NCBI GenBank assembly: GCA_964604995.1
Contig: CAZSAD010000012.1
Coordinates: 1 to 42,538, forward strand
Length of the DNA: 42,538 nucleotides
From: an uncultured Methanosarcinales archaeon
GTDB taxonomy: Archaea > Nanobdellota > Nanobdellia > Woesearchaeales > JABMPP01
Reading direction: 5' to 3'
Made by a program: the position numbers and the translations under genes. Below, one piece after another: positions 9,101-19,069 of the stretch; the stretch's first letter is position 1; each line of letters opens with the position of its first letter. Under the pieces are notes generated by a model. It was given only the letters and a program-made list of their open reading frames with translations. It was not told the origin of the DNA and made no database searches.

Positions 9101-10486
9101 ATGAAAGTTATAACTGATTTTCACATTCACTCGCGCTATGCAATGGCAACATCCAAGGATTTGGCAATTAAAAATCTTGAAAAATATTCTAAAATAAAAG
9201 GAGTACATCTACTTGGTACTGGAGATTTTACACATCCAAAATGGCTAGAAGAATTAAAATCAGAATTAATTGAAGATGGTTCAGGCATTCCAAAAACAAA
9301 AAATGGTTTTCCTTTTGTGTTATCAGCAGAACTTTCAAATATTTATTCAGAAGGGGGTAAAGTTAGAAAAGTGCATAATATAATTCTTGCAAAAAATTTT
9401 GATGTAGTTGACCAGATAAATTTACTTTTATCGAAAAAAGGAAAAATTGAATCTGATGGAAGACCAATATTTGGAAAATATCCTTGTTATACATTGGTTG
9501 AAGACTTAAAAAAAATTGATAAAGATATTGAGATAATTCCTGCGCATATATGGACCCCTTGGTTTAGCCTTTTTGGAGCAAATTCGGGATTTGATAATTT
9601 GGAAGATTGCTTTTTGGACCAAACAAAACATATTCATGCTCTTGAAACTGGTCTTTCTAGCGATCCTAAAATGAATTGGAGAATATCACAACTTGACAAA
9701 TATACACTTGTTTCAAATTCAGATTTGCATTCGTTCTGGCCATGGAGACTTGGAAGAGAAGCAAATGTAATTGAAATGAAAAATATTACTTATGATAATT
9801 TAATTAATGCTATTCGAACCAGAAATAATTTTATTGAAACAATTGAAGTTGACCCAAATTTTGGAAAATATCATTTCACAGGCCATAGGAACTGCAATGT
9901 TGTTTTAGCTCCAAGAGAAGCTAAAAAATTAAATAATATCTGTCCTGTTTGTAAAAAACAATTAACTGTTGGTGTTCTTGAAAGAGTAGAAGAGCTTGCA
10001 GACAGGCAAGATGGATATGTGCCCAAAGGTGCAGTTCCATTTCGAAGCATGATTCCACTTTCAGAATTAATTTCAGGTATTATTGGAAGCCCAATTGCCA
10101 GTAAAAAAGTTTGGCAGGAATATTATAAATTAGTCAATTTAAAGCAAGATAGAAATGAGTATAGTGTATTAATGTACACTGAAAAAGAAGAGCTTTTAAA
10201 ATTGGTTAGTAGTGATTTAACTGATGCAATACTTGCAAATCGTGATGGTAAAATTGAAATTAGCCCGGGATATGATGGGTTGTATGGCGTACCGAAAATT
10301 GGCAGCAAAATTTTAGCAATTGATTCTGATGATAACATAAATTCTAAGTTTACTGATAAAATAAAAATTGATAAAAATCAAGAAGAGAAAGCCAAAGAAT
10401 TTTTTGATAGAAAAAAAGAGCAGAAAATAAAAGATGATAAAATTGCTAATAAAATATTGCAGAAAGGATTAAAGGAGTTTATATAA
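9101..10486 (+). CDS. endoQ: Endonuclease Q family (PHP domain plus Zn-binding domain) DNA repair nuclease
   Basis: DFHIHS, GTGDFTHP, PAHIWTPW, SNSDLHS, GKYHFTGHRNC, CPVC; C-terminal PIP-box-like QKGLKEFI. Confidence 0.88.
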   Translation: MKVITDFHIHSRYAMATSKDLAIKNLEKYSKIKGVHLLGTGDFTHPKWLEELKSELIEDGSGIPKTKNGFPFVLSAELSNIYSEGGKVRKVHNIILAKNFDVVDQINLLLSKKGKIESDGRPIFGKYPCYTLVEDLKKIDKDIEIIPAHIWTPWFSLFGANSGFDNLEDCFLDQTKHIHALETGLSSDPKMNWRISQLDKYTLVSNSDLHSFWPWRLGREANVIEMKNITYDNLINAIRTRNNFIETIEVDPNFGKYHFTGHRNCNVVLAPREAKKLNNICPVCKKQLTVGVLERVEELADRQDGYVPKGAVPFRSMIPLSELISGIIGSPIASKKVWQEYYKLVNLKQDRNEYSVLMYTEKEELLKLVSSDLTDAILANRDGKIEISPGYDGLYGVPKIGSKILAIDSDDNINSKFTDKIKIDKNQEEKAKEFFDRKKEQKIKDDKIANKILQKGLKEFI

Positions 10487-10517
10487 CTAATTATTTAAAA
10501 TTATTTTTTCCTTTTAG

Positions 10518-11180
10518 TTATTTCTTTCTTTTTTCAACTAATGCTTCCAAAACATTGTATGTTCGATTAATGTCTTTCTTTTGTACAATGAATGTCATTT
10601 CAGTATTTGTTGTAACAAGCTCTAAAATATTTATATCTTCCCAGGCAAATTGTTTTACAACTGCTGCAATTATTCCGGGTGTTGATAGAAATTGAGGATT
10701 AAATTTTAAAGAGAATGATGCCAAATCTTCTAAAGTATTAATTATTTTTTCATCTTTTAATATTGAAAGAATAGTTTTTTTATGTTTTTCATTTGTTATA
10801 ATTATTGCTTCGTTGTTTCCGTGAATGATATTTAATACATCTCCTTTATCATAGTCAATTGCTTTGTAAATGTCTTTAAGTTTAGCAAAAAAAGCAGTTG
10901 AATGCATTACACAAATATCAACTAAATTTGTTTTCATCACAATTTCTGAGGTATAATCAAATTTTGGAAGAGATTTATTTTTTGATTCAATATTTTCTGC
11001 GTGTCTTCTAAATGCCATAACAATAGCTGGCCCATTTACTTTTTGTCCAAGCTCTTTTTCAATTTGTCCTTGATAATATTCTGCAAGATTTGCAAAGTTG
11101 AGTATTCCTTTGTCTAATGCTTCTTCTAAATAAGGAGTTTGTGTAATTATTTTTTTTACAATATGACTTACTGTTGGCAT
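10518..11180 (-). CDS. ACT-domain protein (aspartokinase-regulatory-like, no kinase domain)
   Basis: N-terminal LDKGILNFANLA...AIVMAFRR; C-terminal TPGIIAAV...INILELVTTNTEMTFIV ACT signature. Confidence 0.8.
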   Translation of the reverse strand: MPTVSHIVKKIITQTPYLEEALDKGILNFANLAEYYQGQIEKELGQKVNGPAIVMAFRRHAENIESKNKSLPKFDYTSEIVMKTNLVDICVMHSTAFFAKLKDIYKAIDYDKGDVLNIIHGNNEAIIITNEKHKKTILSILKDEKIINTLEDLASFSLKFNPQFLSTPGIIAAVVKQFAWEDINILELVTTNTEMTFIVQKKDINRTYNVLEALVEKRKK

Positions 11181-11313
11181 GAATTTAAGAAATAAATAAC
11201 AGTATTTAAACTTTTTTGTTATTATGATAACATTAAGTATTTATTAATTGAATCAAACCTAAAGAAATTAAAATATAAATTAAAATATAAAATTTGAACA
11301 TTGGGGTGCAAAA

Positions 11314-11937
11314 ATGATTGATTTTATGGCAAATGTCTATGATGGAAATCCACCATTAGAAGTTAGAGCTAGATCTTTTCTTGCTAATATGAATTCAGGA
11401 GTTAGATCTCTTAAAGAATCAATTGTTGATGGTCAAGTAAATATGCCTTTACTTTCTAAATATGTTAAAGAGAGTAGTGATGCTTTTAATGATGCAAAAA
11501 TAATTTTAGATAGAATGGGAAATCCAGAAAATTATTTACATTATAGTAAAGCACTTAATGAGGGAAATGAAATTTTAGGACAAATAGATGATACTATCAA
11601 AAATGAAAATATTGAAGATGATATACAAAATGGCATACAAAACAAAATATATCAAATTGAAGGTGCTTACAATAATGCAGTGTTAAAAGCTCCAAAGGGC
11701 GCTTATAGAATTGTTGAGATGCGATCTAATGGGAGTATTGAATACGGGCTTATAACTGATACTTTTGATATTGATAGAGCTATTGAAGAAGTTAGAAATT
11801 ATAATTTAAAAAAGGATTCAGAAGACGAAAATGATGGGACGTTAAAAGTTGCAAGGCACATAGTAAATGAGAATGGTGAATTTATTTCGTACTCAAACCC
11901 TTCAAAAAAATGTTTTGGTAAAGTTTCTATGAATTAA
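11314..11937 (+). CDS. Hypothetical protein
   Basis: 207-aa ORF with GGGGTG SD; no recognised motif. Confidence 0.65.
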   Translation: MIDFMANVYDGNPPLEVRARSFLANMNSGVRSLKESIVDGQVNMPLLSKYVKESSDAFNDAKIILDRMGNPENYLHYSKALNEGNEILGQIDDTIKNENIEDDIQNGIQNKIYQIEGAYNNAVLKAPKGAYRIVEMRSNGSIEYGLITDTFDIDRAIEEVRNYNLKKDSEDENDGTLKVARHIVNENGEFISYSNPSKKCFGKVSMN

Positions 11938-12059
11938 ATTTATTTTTTTCTAATTTTATTTATTAAATAATTACATTTAAACTATTTTTATAAAAATCAG
12001 AAATATAAAATAAAAATTTAATAAATAAAAAAATAAAGAATATTGGTTAATATTCTTAA

Positions 12060-13361
12060 TTAATTACTAGGTAAAACGAAAACTGGTGGCCTGTTAACAT
12101 GTAACACTGTAACAAGTGCTGTTATTTTTGTGGATGCTTTGCCATCACTTGCAGTTAAATAAACTTCATGTAAACCTGCATCTCCATAGATTGTAGTGTA
12201 AGTGTTACTTGTCATCCAACCAGAATAAGTTACTGTAACTGGGTCATTATCCAAGTCATTTACAATTGGATTGAATTTTACAGTTTCTCCTTCTTTAACA
12301 GTAATAGTTCCTATGTTAGTTATGCTAGGCGCTCTGTTTATATGCACCACAGTTAATTTGAATGCTTTAGTATCTGTTAATTTACCATCTGTTACAGTTA
12401 CTGTTGCAGCATATGAACCAGCATCTCCCATCACAGTTTTCCAAACACCATCTTTATTGAATGGTTTACTAAATGTAACTGTAAGTGGATCTTTGTCTGC
12501 GTCTAATGCAAAATAACTAACTTTTGCGATTTCTCCTTCGTTTACAGTTATATCAGATATTTCACCAAGAACTGGAGCTCTATTAGTTTTTGCTATTATT
12601 ATTTTTATATCTTCAGATGAAAAAGTGATTCCATTTGTTGCAGTTATTGTAACAAAATATTCTCCTGCATCACCATATGTTGTAACTTTAGTGTTTGAGT
12701 TCATCCAGTCAGAATAAGTTATTGTAACTGGCATATTTTGTGGATCAGTAACTGTAGGATTTAATTTGATAGTTTCTCCTTCATTAGCATATATTATTCC
12801 CATTTTTGAAATTTTTGGAGGTCTATTGCCTACATTAACAATTACTTGAACTTTTTGAGTTGTCTCAGCTTTACCATCACTTGCAGTTATTGTTGCAAAA
12901 TAAGATCCAGCATCACCGATTTTTGTTTTCCAAGTTCCATTTGCATTAAATGGTTTTGAATAGGTATAGAGTAAATTATCTTTATCAGGGTCAATTGCTT
13001 TTAAAGTGATATCAACAATTTGACCTTCTGTTGCTTCAATTGTTGGAACACCATCTTTCATAAATAACCTATCAGCAACTATTGGCTCTTGAGTGGTAGT
13101 TGTTGGATTAGATATTGGAGTTGTACTTTCTTGATTAGTATTCTCCTGATTAGAATTTGAAATAATTTCACTTTGATTTGGAGTTAATTCTTGAACTGAA
13201 ACAATTGTAACATTGTTTCCTTCTAATACAACAGCAGGAGATGGAGTTTTTGGAATGCATACTTGATCTTCTGGCTTTGGTTGTGTGCATCCAATTAAAA
13301 ATACAGTCGATAATAGTATTACTAAGCTTAGAACTAAAATTTTAGGCAATATATTTCTCAT
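12060..13361 (-). CDS. Surface lipoprotein with four tandem Ig/cadherin-like repeats (start revised to 13361)
   Basis: Lipobox-like FLIGC after a hydrophobic signal; T/Q/N/S-rich linker; repeats NRxP...EGE...DxDxD...GDAGxY...SDG; GAGG SD. Confidence 0.8.
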   Translation of the reverse strand: MRNILPKILVLSLVILLSTVFLIGCTQPKPEDQVCIPKTPSPAVVLEGNNVTIVSVQELTPNQSEIISNSNQENTNQESTTPISNPTTTTQEPIVADRLFMKDGVPTIEATEGQIVDITLKAIDPDKDNLLYTYSKPFNANGTWKTKIGDAGSYFATITASDGKAETTQKVQVIVNVGNRPPKISKMGIIYANEGETIKLNPTVTDPQNMPVTITYSDWMNSNTKVTTYGDAGEYFVTITATNGITFSSEDIKIIIAKTNRAPVLGEISDITVNEGEIAKVSYFALDADKDPLTVTFSKPFNKDGVWKTVMGDAGSYAATVTVTDGKLTDTKAFKLTVVHINRAPSITNIGTITVKEGETVKFNPIVNDLDNDPVTVTYSGWMTSNTYTTIYGDAGLHEVYLTASDGKASTKITALVTVLHVNRPPVFVLPSN

Positions 13362-13589
13362 TGTCCATCCCTCGTTTAACCCACCCATTATTAGGATAAA
13401 TAGTCTTGTATATGGTTTTGTATGATGTTATTTGTTATGTTACTATTTCTAAATATATATTTACTATATAAACTTTACGGTGGTAAAGATTTTTAGTGAA
13501 GTCGAAAAGAAGTTTGAAAAAATATTTAAAAAAATTGAGTTAAAATTTTACCACTTTTACCACATAAAATGATATTCAATCTAATGAAA

Positions 13590-15518
13590 TTAATCTAATA
13601 AATTTTTTGAATTATAACCTTGTTCATTTAGAAGTTTTGCTAATTTCACTTTCCCATGATCTATTATTTGACTTACCCTACTTGTAGTAACATTTAATAA
13701 TTCTCCGAGTATAGTGTAGGGGATGTTCCCCACACTAACTGCATAGTGTTTATGTTCTGAAGCAAAATTAGAGTTTAGGTAAAAGTCATTAATTTTTGCA
13801 ACCCCTGAAGGATTGATTTGGTTTTGGTCAAATAGACCAATATAATCCATTGCTTTATCAAAATCAGTAGCACAAAAATATAAAACAGTAGCTAAAATAT
13901 CCCTATCTGATTTTTTAATATTGTTTTGAATAAGATGGGATATGATTTCTTGTTTTTCCTTTTCTTCCATGATTTCTGCAGGTGTTTTACTACTAGGATC
14001 TTTTAGCACTTCAATTAAAGAAACTTCTTCATCGGATTTATTAGTGTCTTTATTAAGACTTAAAAAATTAGATGAGTTATACATTCTTGCGGATTGATAT
14101 AATTGCACTAGTTTTTGAGCCCTATATAGACCTCCCTTTTCCTCCTTTGAATTGTTTATATCCTCTTTTGAAGGGGTTATAGAATGAAGATATGCATAAG
14201 ATAGTTCACTTGCAGATGGAAATTCTAGGTGAATATTGATAAATTTTTTTTCGACTTTTTCAATAGCTGATAATTCTCCCATTACGTTTGCAGGAAGAAA
14301 ATTACAGGTTCTTAACTCATCAATTATCGCACCTTTTATTCTAGTTAATGCGTATGTTTGAAATTTCACTATTTGTCCATTTTTAGAATATATTTTTGAT
14401 GGATCGTAGCGTTGTGTGGCTTGAGTTAATCCCAAAACACCCATCATGAATAAATCCCCATTTTGCAAAACATTGTTATCATTTTTTAATCTAAAATGGT
14501 GTTCATTTTTTAGGAAATTTAGTGCATAAAAAACTAAAGGCAAATGATTCTGAATTATTATATCGTCTAAAAGTTTTATGCCAACATCCTTTTTTAAATG
14601 TGTTAATTTGTAGGAATTGGCAAAAACTTTTAATCTTGTATCTTCAGGTACTTTGTTATTATTCTTCCCATTGTTATCACTCTTTTCATAATTCCATGTA
14701 TCTTTTAATTGTTTTAAACTTACCTTTTTACTTTTCAATGAGACATTTGATGCAAAGAGATTAGTTTCTCCGATGATTTGTATTTTTGGAATTTTGAATT
14801 CTTTTACACTGTAATATTCTGAAGAAATTTTCTCACATTTTCTCGTAAATATTAAACAATCATAAATTTTGTTTAGTTGGCTATCAATATTTTCTAAGAA
14901 TTCAACAGCACTATCAACATACATTTTATCTGAAAACAATTTTGCAATCGAATCTAAGTTCTTGGCATCAAGATAGGGTGATATTATTTTTTTATTATCT
15001 GTATTAAATTCAGTTTGAAAATCTTTAAGTATTTGTTCTGAAGTAGCCATTTCATCAGTAATATCTGTATGAGCAATATATCCATCCTGTCCTAAAGACA
15101 TTTTTTTGAATAATGTTTCACCAAGTTGCAAAATAGTTTTAATTTGTTTTTTCGGAAAAAAAGTGAGTGGATTTCCCAAAGAAAGATCATTTGAATAAAG
15201 TGCGATTAACATTGCAGTAATATCATTTCCACTTTCAAGAATTTTTGTTGCTGTATAAGTGTCAAAGAATGCAACTTTTTTTAGAACCCGTTTTTCCAAT
15301 TCAACTTTTTTATGAATCAAATTGGTATAATTTTGATTAGTATCATTTTGATTGTTATTATTTTGATTGTCATAATCCTTATCCTCAATAATTATAGGAA
15401 TAGAATCAAGACTTAAATAAATCTGCTTCTTGCCTTCTTCACTTAATTTTAACAAATGTGTTACATGTTCTTCTAAAGAATTTTCAGTCGAAAATGTCAT
15501 TTGTAGTGGATAAACCAT
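13590..15518 (-). CDS. Sigma-70 family (FliA/WhiG-like) domain protein with long N-terminal extension
   Basis: Region 2: HLPLV...DLFMMGVLGLTQATQRYDPSK...KFQTYALTRIKGAIIDELR; region 3: PSASELS...FLSLN...SLIEVLKD; region 4 HTH: YTILGELLNVTTSRVSQIIDHGKVKL. Confidence 0.85.
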   Translation of the reverse strand: MVYPLQMTFSTENSLEEHVTHLLKLSEEGKKQIYLSLDSIPIIIEDKDYDNQNNNNQNDTNQNYTNLIHKKVELEKRVLKKVAFFDTYTATKILESGNDITAMLIALYSNDLSLGNPLTFFPKKQIKTILQLGETLFKKMSLGQDGYIAHTDITDEMATSEQILKDFQTEFNTDNKKIISPYLDAKNLDSIAKLFSDKMYVDSAVEFLENIDSQLNKIYDCLIFTRKCEKISSEYYSVKEFKIPKIQIIGETNLFASNVSLKSKKVSLKQLKDTWNYEKSDNNGKNNNKVPEDTRLKVFANSYKLTHLKKDVGIKLLDDIIIQNHLPLVFYALNFLKNEHHFRLKNDNNVLQNGDLFMMGVLGLTQATQRYDPSKIYSKNGQIVKFQTYALTRIKGAIIDELRTCNFLPANVMGELSAIEKVEKKFINIHLEFPSASELSYAYLHSITPSKEDINNSKEEKGGLYRAQKLVQLYQSARMYNSSNFLSLNKDTNKSDEEVSLIEVLKDPSSKTPAEIMEEKEKQEIISHLIQNNIKKSDRDILATVLYFCATDFDKAMDYIGLFDQNQINPSGVAKINDFYLNSNFASEHKHYAVSVGNIPYTILGELLNVTTSRVSQIIDHGKVKLAKLLNEQGYNSKNLLD

Positions 15519-15698
15519 CTTTATATAAATCTATTTAATTTTATTACCCCATAGTGAATATTTTAATGGAATGAAAAAACATGTGAGAAAAAACATAAAA
15601 AAATATAACCTAAAATACAACATAAAAAATAATTTATTTTTATTAGACGATTTAATTAAGCAAAATATATAAATCAAGAATTAACCCACATATTTACA

Positions 15699-16949
15699 AT
15701 GGCATACCAAGTTAAAGATATTAAACTGGCCGAACAAGGCCTAATGAATATTGAATATGCAGAATCCCAAATGGGATCCTTGCTAAAAGTCAAAGACAGA
15801 TTCTCAAAAGAAAAACCATTAAATGGTTTAAGAGTTGGAATGGCATTACATGTCACCAAAGAAACTGCAGTTTTGGTTAGAACACTTATTGCTGGCGGAG
15901 CTAAAGTTTCAATAACTGGATGCAATCCACTCTCAACACAAGATGATGTTGCAGCAGCTCTTGCTAAAGAAGGTGTTGATGTTTATGCTTGGAAGGGCGA
16001 AACAAAAGAAGAATATTATTCTAATTTGAAAAAAGTTGTTGATTTCAAGCCGCACATAACAATTGATGATGGATGCGATTTAGTAACTGAAATCCACACA
16101 AAAAGACCAGAGTTAATTAAAGATATTATTTGTGGAAGCGAAGAAACTACAACTGGTGTAATTAGACTTGTTGCAATGGAAAAAGAAGGAGTCTTAAAAT
16201 ATCCAATGGTTGCAGTAAATGAAAATAAAACAAAGCATTTGTTTGATAATTATTATGGAACTGGCCAATCTACAATTGATGGCATTTTAAGAGCATCAAA
16301 CACACTTATGGCAGGAAAAGTATTTGTTGTAGCTGGATATGGAGATTGCGGAAAAGGCGTTGCTTTAAGAGCTCGTGGAATGAGTTCAAATGTAATTGTT
16401 ACTGAAGTTGATAATTTTAGAGCTTTGCAAGCTAAAAATGATGGCTGGAATGTTATGCCAATGAATGATGCTGCAAAGATTGGAGATATTTTTGTAACTG
16501 TTACTGGAAACAAGCACATCATAACTGCTGAACATGTAAAACTTATGAAAGAAGGTGCAATTCTTGCAAATTCAGGTCATTTCGACAATGAAATAGATGT
16601 TGAAGGCATGAAAAAAATTGCAACAAAAGTTAGAAGAATAAGACCTTACTTTGATGAATTTACAATAAATGGAAAGAAAGTTTATCTTTGTGGAGAAGGA
16701 AGACTTGTAAATTTAGCTTGTGCTGAAGGGCATCCTTCAACTGTTATGGCACTTTCATTTTGCGGACAAGCGCTTGCAGTTGAATGGGGCGTTAAAAATA
16801 AAAGCAAATTAACAGGAAAAGTTTACACCCTACCTGAAGAAATTGATGATATGATTTCAGGATTACAACTTGATGTATTGGGAGTTAAAAAAGATGAACA
16901 AACTGCTGCCCAGAAAAAATATGCAGATGAATGGAGAGAAGGAACTTAA
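15699..16949 (+). CDS. ahcY: Adenosylhomocysteinase (SAH hydrolase)
   Basis: LHVTKETA, CNPLSTQD, DDGCD, EETTTGV, KHLFDNYYGTGQS, GYGDCGKG, NSGHFDNE, GRLVNL..AEGHP. Confidence 0.98.
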   Translation: MAYQVKDIKLAEQGLMNIEYAESQMGSLLKVKDRFSKEKPLNGLRVGMALHVTKETAVLVRTLIAGGAKVSITGCNPLSTQDDVAAALAKEGVDVYAWKGETKEEYYSNLKKVVDFKPHITIDDGCDLVTEIHTKRPELIKDIICGSEETTTGVIRLVAMEKEGVLKYPMVAVNENKTKHLFDNYYGTGQSTIDGILRASNTLMAGKVFVVAGYGDCGKGVALRARGMSSNVIVTEVDNFRALQAKNDGWNVMPMNDAAKIGDIFVTVTGNKHIITAEHVKLMKEGAILANSGHFDNEIDVEGMKKIATKVRRIRPYFDEFTINGKKVYLCGEGRLVNLACAEGHPSTVMALSFCGQALAVEWGVKNKSKLTGKVYTLPEEIDDMISGLQLDVLGVKKDEQTAAQKKYADEWREGT

Positions 16950-17008
16950 TTGTTAAATTTATTTTTGTTCTTTTTTATTTTAATTTTCTTTTTTTATTTA
17001 GTTTTTAT

Positions 17009-17428
17009 TTATTCTGAATATAATGGATCTCTTGGTGTATTTTCTAAACCTTTTCTTTTAAGGCATGCTTCTAAAAATGCTTCTACCATCAAATATGCTC
17101 TTCTTCCTTGATAAACTAGTTTGCCTTCTTTGTTTTTAACTTCTGATTTTCGTCCAAGAAAACCCTTGTTTTCAAATGTTGCAACTAACCCCCCAAGATT
17201 GTTATATAATTCAGCAGAATTAGATTCCAATTGTTTTAATTTACCAAGGATGTGATTATCTTTATCTTTTATTTCTCCGTCAGCACGTATTGTACCCAAA
17301 TAATTCCCCATTAAACCAGAAGCAAAAATATCTTTACTGAGCCATGAACCGTCTATAGTTCTATCAAAATTATAATCGTTAAGATTTCCATTAGCAATAT
17401 CATTGATAAAATTATTTTGAGTGTTCAC
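17009..17428 (-). CDS. Hypothetical protein with short beta-hairpin-like repeats
   Basis: GTG start; recurring GNYLGTI / NHILGKL / GGLVATF / GKLVYQ segments. Confidence 0.6.
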   Translation of the reverse strand: MNTQNNFINDIANGNLNDYNFDRTIDGSWLSKDIFASGLMGNYLGTIRADGEIKDKDNHILGKLKQLESNSAELYNNLGGLVATFENKGFLGRKSEVKNKEGKLVYQGRRAYLMVEAFLEACLKRKGLENTPRDPLYSE

Positions 17429-17461
17429 TTATTATCATCTTGATTTTTTTAGTTTGATAAT

Positions 17462-17926
17462 TTATCTTACAGAATTGTATAAGGTATCTTTAGTTTCTAT
17501 AATTTTATATGGTGATTTGTCATCTGCAATAATTTTATTTAAACCTTTAACAATAGAGCCTTCTGGTAAAACCGATGTGTATAAAGATATTTCGTCTGCT
17601 TTATATTGGCCTGTATTAGTATTACTCATAGATTTATACTTATCTATCGGAACACTAAATTCAGCATCGATAGTTATAAGCTCTTCATCATATTTTACAT
17701 TCTTAAATTTACCACCAATTGCTAGATAATTTATATTAACAAGTCTACCCGAGGGAGTAGCAGGACTTGTAGCCTTTAGACTGTCCAGTTCAGTGCACCC
17801 CATATGTACCAATAATTTGACAAAGAAATTATATACATTTATTGGCTCTTCAAATTTAATAAATATTTCTTCATTTAAAGTTTCCTTGCCTTTTGGCTTG
17901 GGTTTTAAATTGTTTGTGTCTTCCAT
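17462..17926 (-). CDS. Hypothetical protein, tandem paralogue A
   Basis: 154 aa; homologous to 17976-18440 (CTEL/CTQL, YLAIGGKFK/YLAMGGKFK, nearly identical C-terminus). Confidence 0.8.
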   Translation of the reverse strand: MEDTNNLKPKPKGKETLNEEIFIKFEEPINVYNFFVKLLVHMGCTELDSLKATSPATPSGRLVNINYLAIGGKFKNVKYDEELITIDAEFSVPIDKYKSMSNTNTGQYKADEISLYTSVLPEGSIVKGLNKIIADDKSPYKIIETKDTLYNSVR

Positions 17927-17975
17927 TTTATATGCTCTTAAAATTTAATTTTATATTTAATTATTATTTAATTAG

Positions 17976-18440
17976 TTATCTTACAGAATTGTATAATGTA
18001 TCTTTAGTTTCTACAATTTTATATGGTGATTTGTCATCTGCAATAATTTTATTCAGACCATTAATAATAGAACCATTTGGTAAAACTAATGAACTTAAAG
18101 ATATTTTGTCTGCTTTATGAGTATTTGGATTTTTAGGTTTGTATTCATTACCAGGAACCTTAAATTCTGCACAAAGAGATACAGATTCTTGATCATAGTT
18201 CTTCCCCTTAAATTTACCGCCCATTGCTAGGTAACCTAGCCCAACAGATGATGAATAAGGACGATGAATAATGCCACCATCAGTGCTGTTTAATATGCCA
18301 GCTAATTGAGTGCAATCCATACTTAAAAGTAATTTGTAAAAGAAATCAAATACTGTTACAGGCTCTTTGAATTTAACAAGCACTTCCTCAGTTACATTTT
18401 CTTTGCCTTGTGGCTTTCTTTTAATAGCGTTAGCTTTCAT
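17976..18440 (-). CDS. Hypothetical protein, tandem paralogue B
   Basis: 154 aa; GGGGG SD; homologous to 17462-17926. Confidence 0.8.
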   Translation of the reverse strand: MKANAIKRKPQGKENVTEEVLVKFKEPVTVFDFFYKLLLSMDCTQLAGILNSTDGGIIHRPYSSSVGLGYLAMGGKFKGKNYDQESVSLCAEFKVPGNEYKPKNPNTHKADKISLSSLVLPNGSIINGLNKIIADDKSPYKIVETKDTLYNSVR

Positions 18441-18482
18441 TTTTACATGCCCCCGAAAAAATTAATGTAATTATTATTTATT

Positions 18483-18959
18483 TTAATTTTTTTCTTTAAC
18501 GGAATTTTCTTTTGATATTTTTTCAACAAAAGTGGGCAAGGTATTTTTCACAACCTTGCGCGAGTACTTTTCAACATGATAATTTAAGGATAAAAATTCT
18601 TTTAATTTGCTTATGACCTCTTTGTTCACATATTGATTCTCCATTACTGTAACAAAATCAGTTAATTCTTCATTTGAATTGTCAGGAGTTGCATATTTTA
18701 TTAGGCTAGTAACTTTGGTGTTTGGTATTTTTTCACCGTCAATTATGCCTCCTAAAGTTAACTTGCCAGACTCATTGAAATTTCCTTTTGGTGCAAATCC
18801 AGAAAAAGGTACCATTATTTCATTACTTATTGGAAGCATATCATTTATCTGATTCAATAAAGTTTTGGTAGGGTAGAATTGTACAAAATCAAATCTATGT
18901 TCAGTTGTATAATTAGCTGCGTCTAAAACTTTGTATTTTAAATTTTGGATTGTGTTCAT
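18483..18959 (-). CDS. Hypothetical protein, possible distant third paralogue
   Basis: 158 aa; LTLGGIIDG and VVKNTL weakly echo LAIGGKFK and ETKDTL of the neighbouring pair. Confidence 0.65.
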   Translation of the reverse strand: MNTIQNLKYKVLDAANYTTEHRFDFVQFYPTKTLLNQINDMLPISNEIMVPFSGFAPKGNFNESGKLTLGGIIDGEKIPNTKVTSLIKYATPDNSNEELTDFVTVMENQYVNKEVISKLKEFLSLNYHVEKYSRKVVKNTLPTFVEKISKENSVKEKN

Positions 18960-19069
18960 TTGTATCTATAATTAGAATTAAACAGCGATTTATAAACCTT
19001 GTTATTTTAACTATTGATTGGTAGTTATAAAAGGATTAAGTATAAATAGGAAGTATTATTGCAAACAGT

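Noticed and set aside
11266..11295. Tandem AAATTAAAATAT repeat
   Set aside because: Low-complexity AT sequence expected at this base composition.
17462..18118. DGR template/variable repeat pair
   Set aside because: Mismatches are not confined to adenines of one copy, both copies are coding 3' ends, and no reverse transcriptase is in the window.
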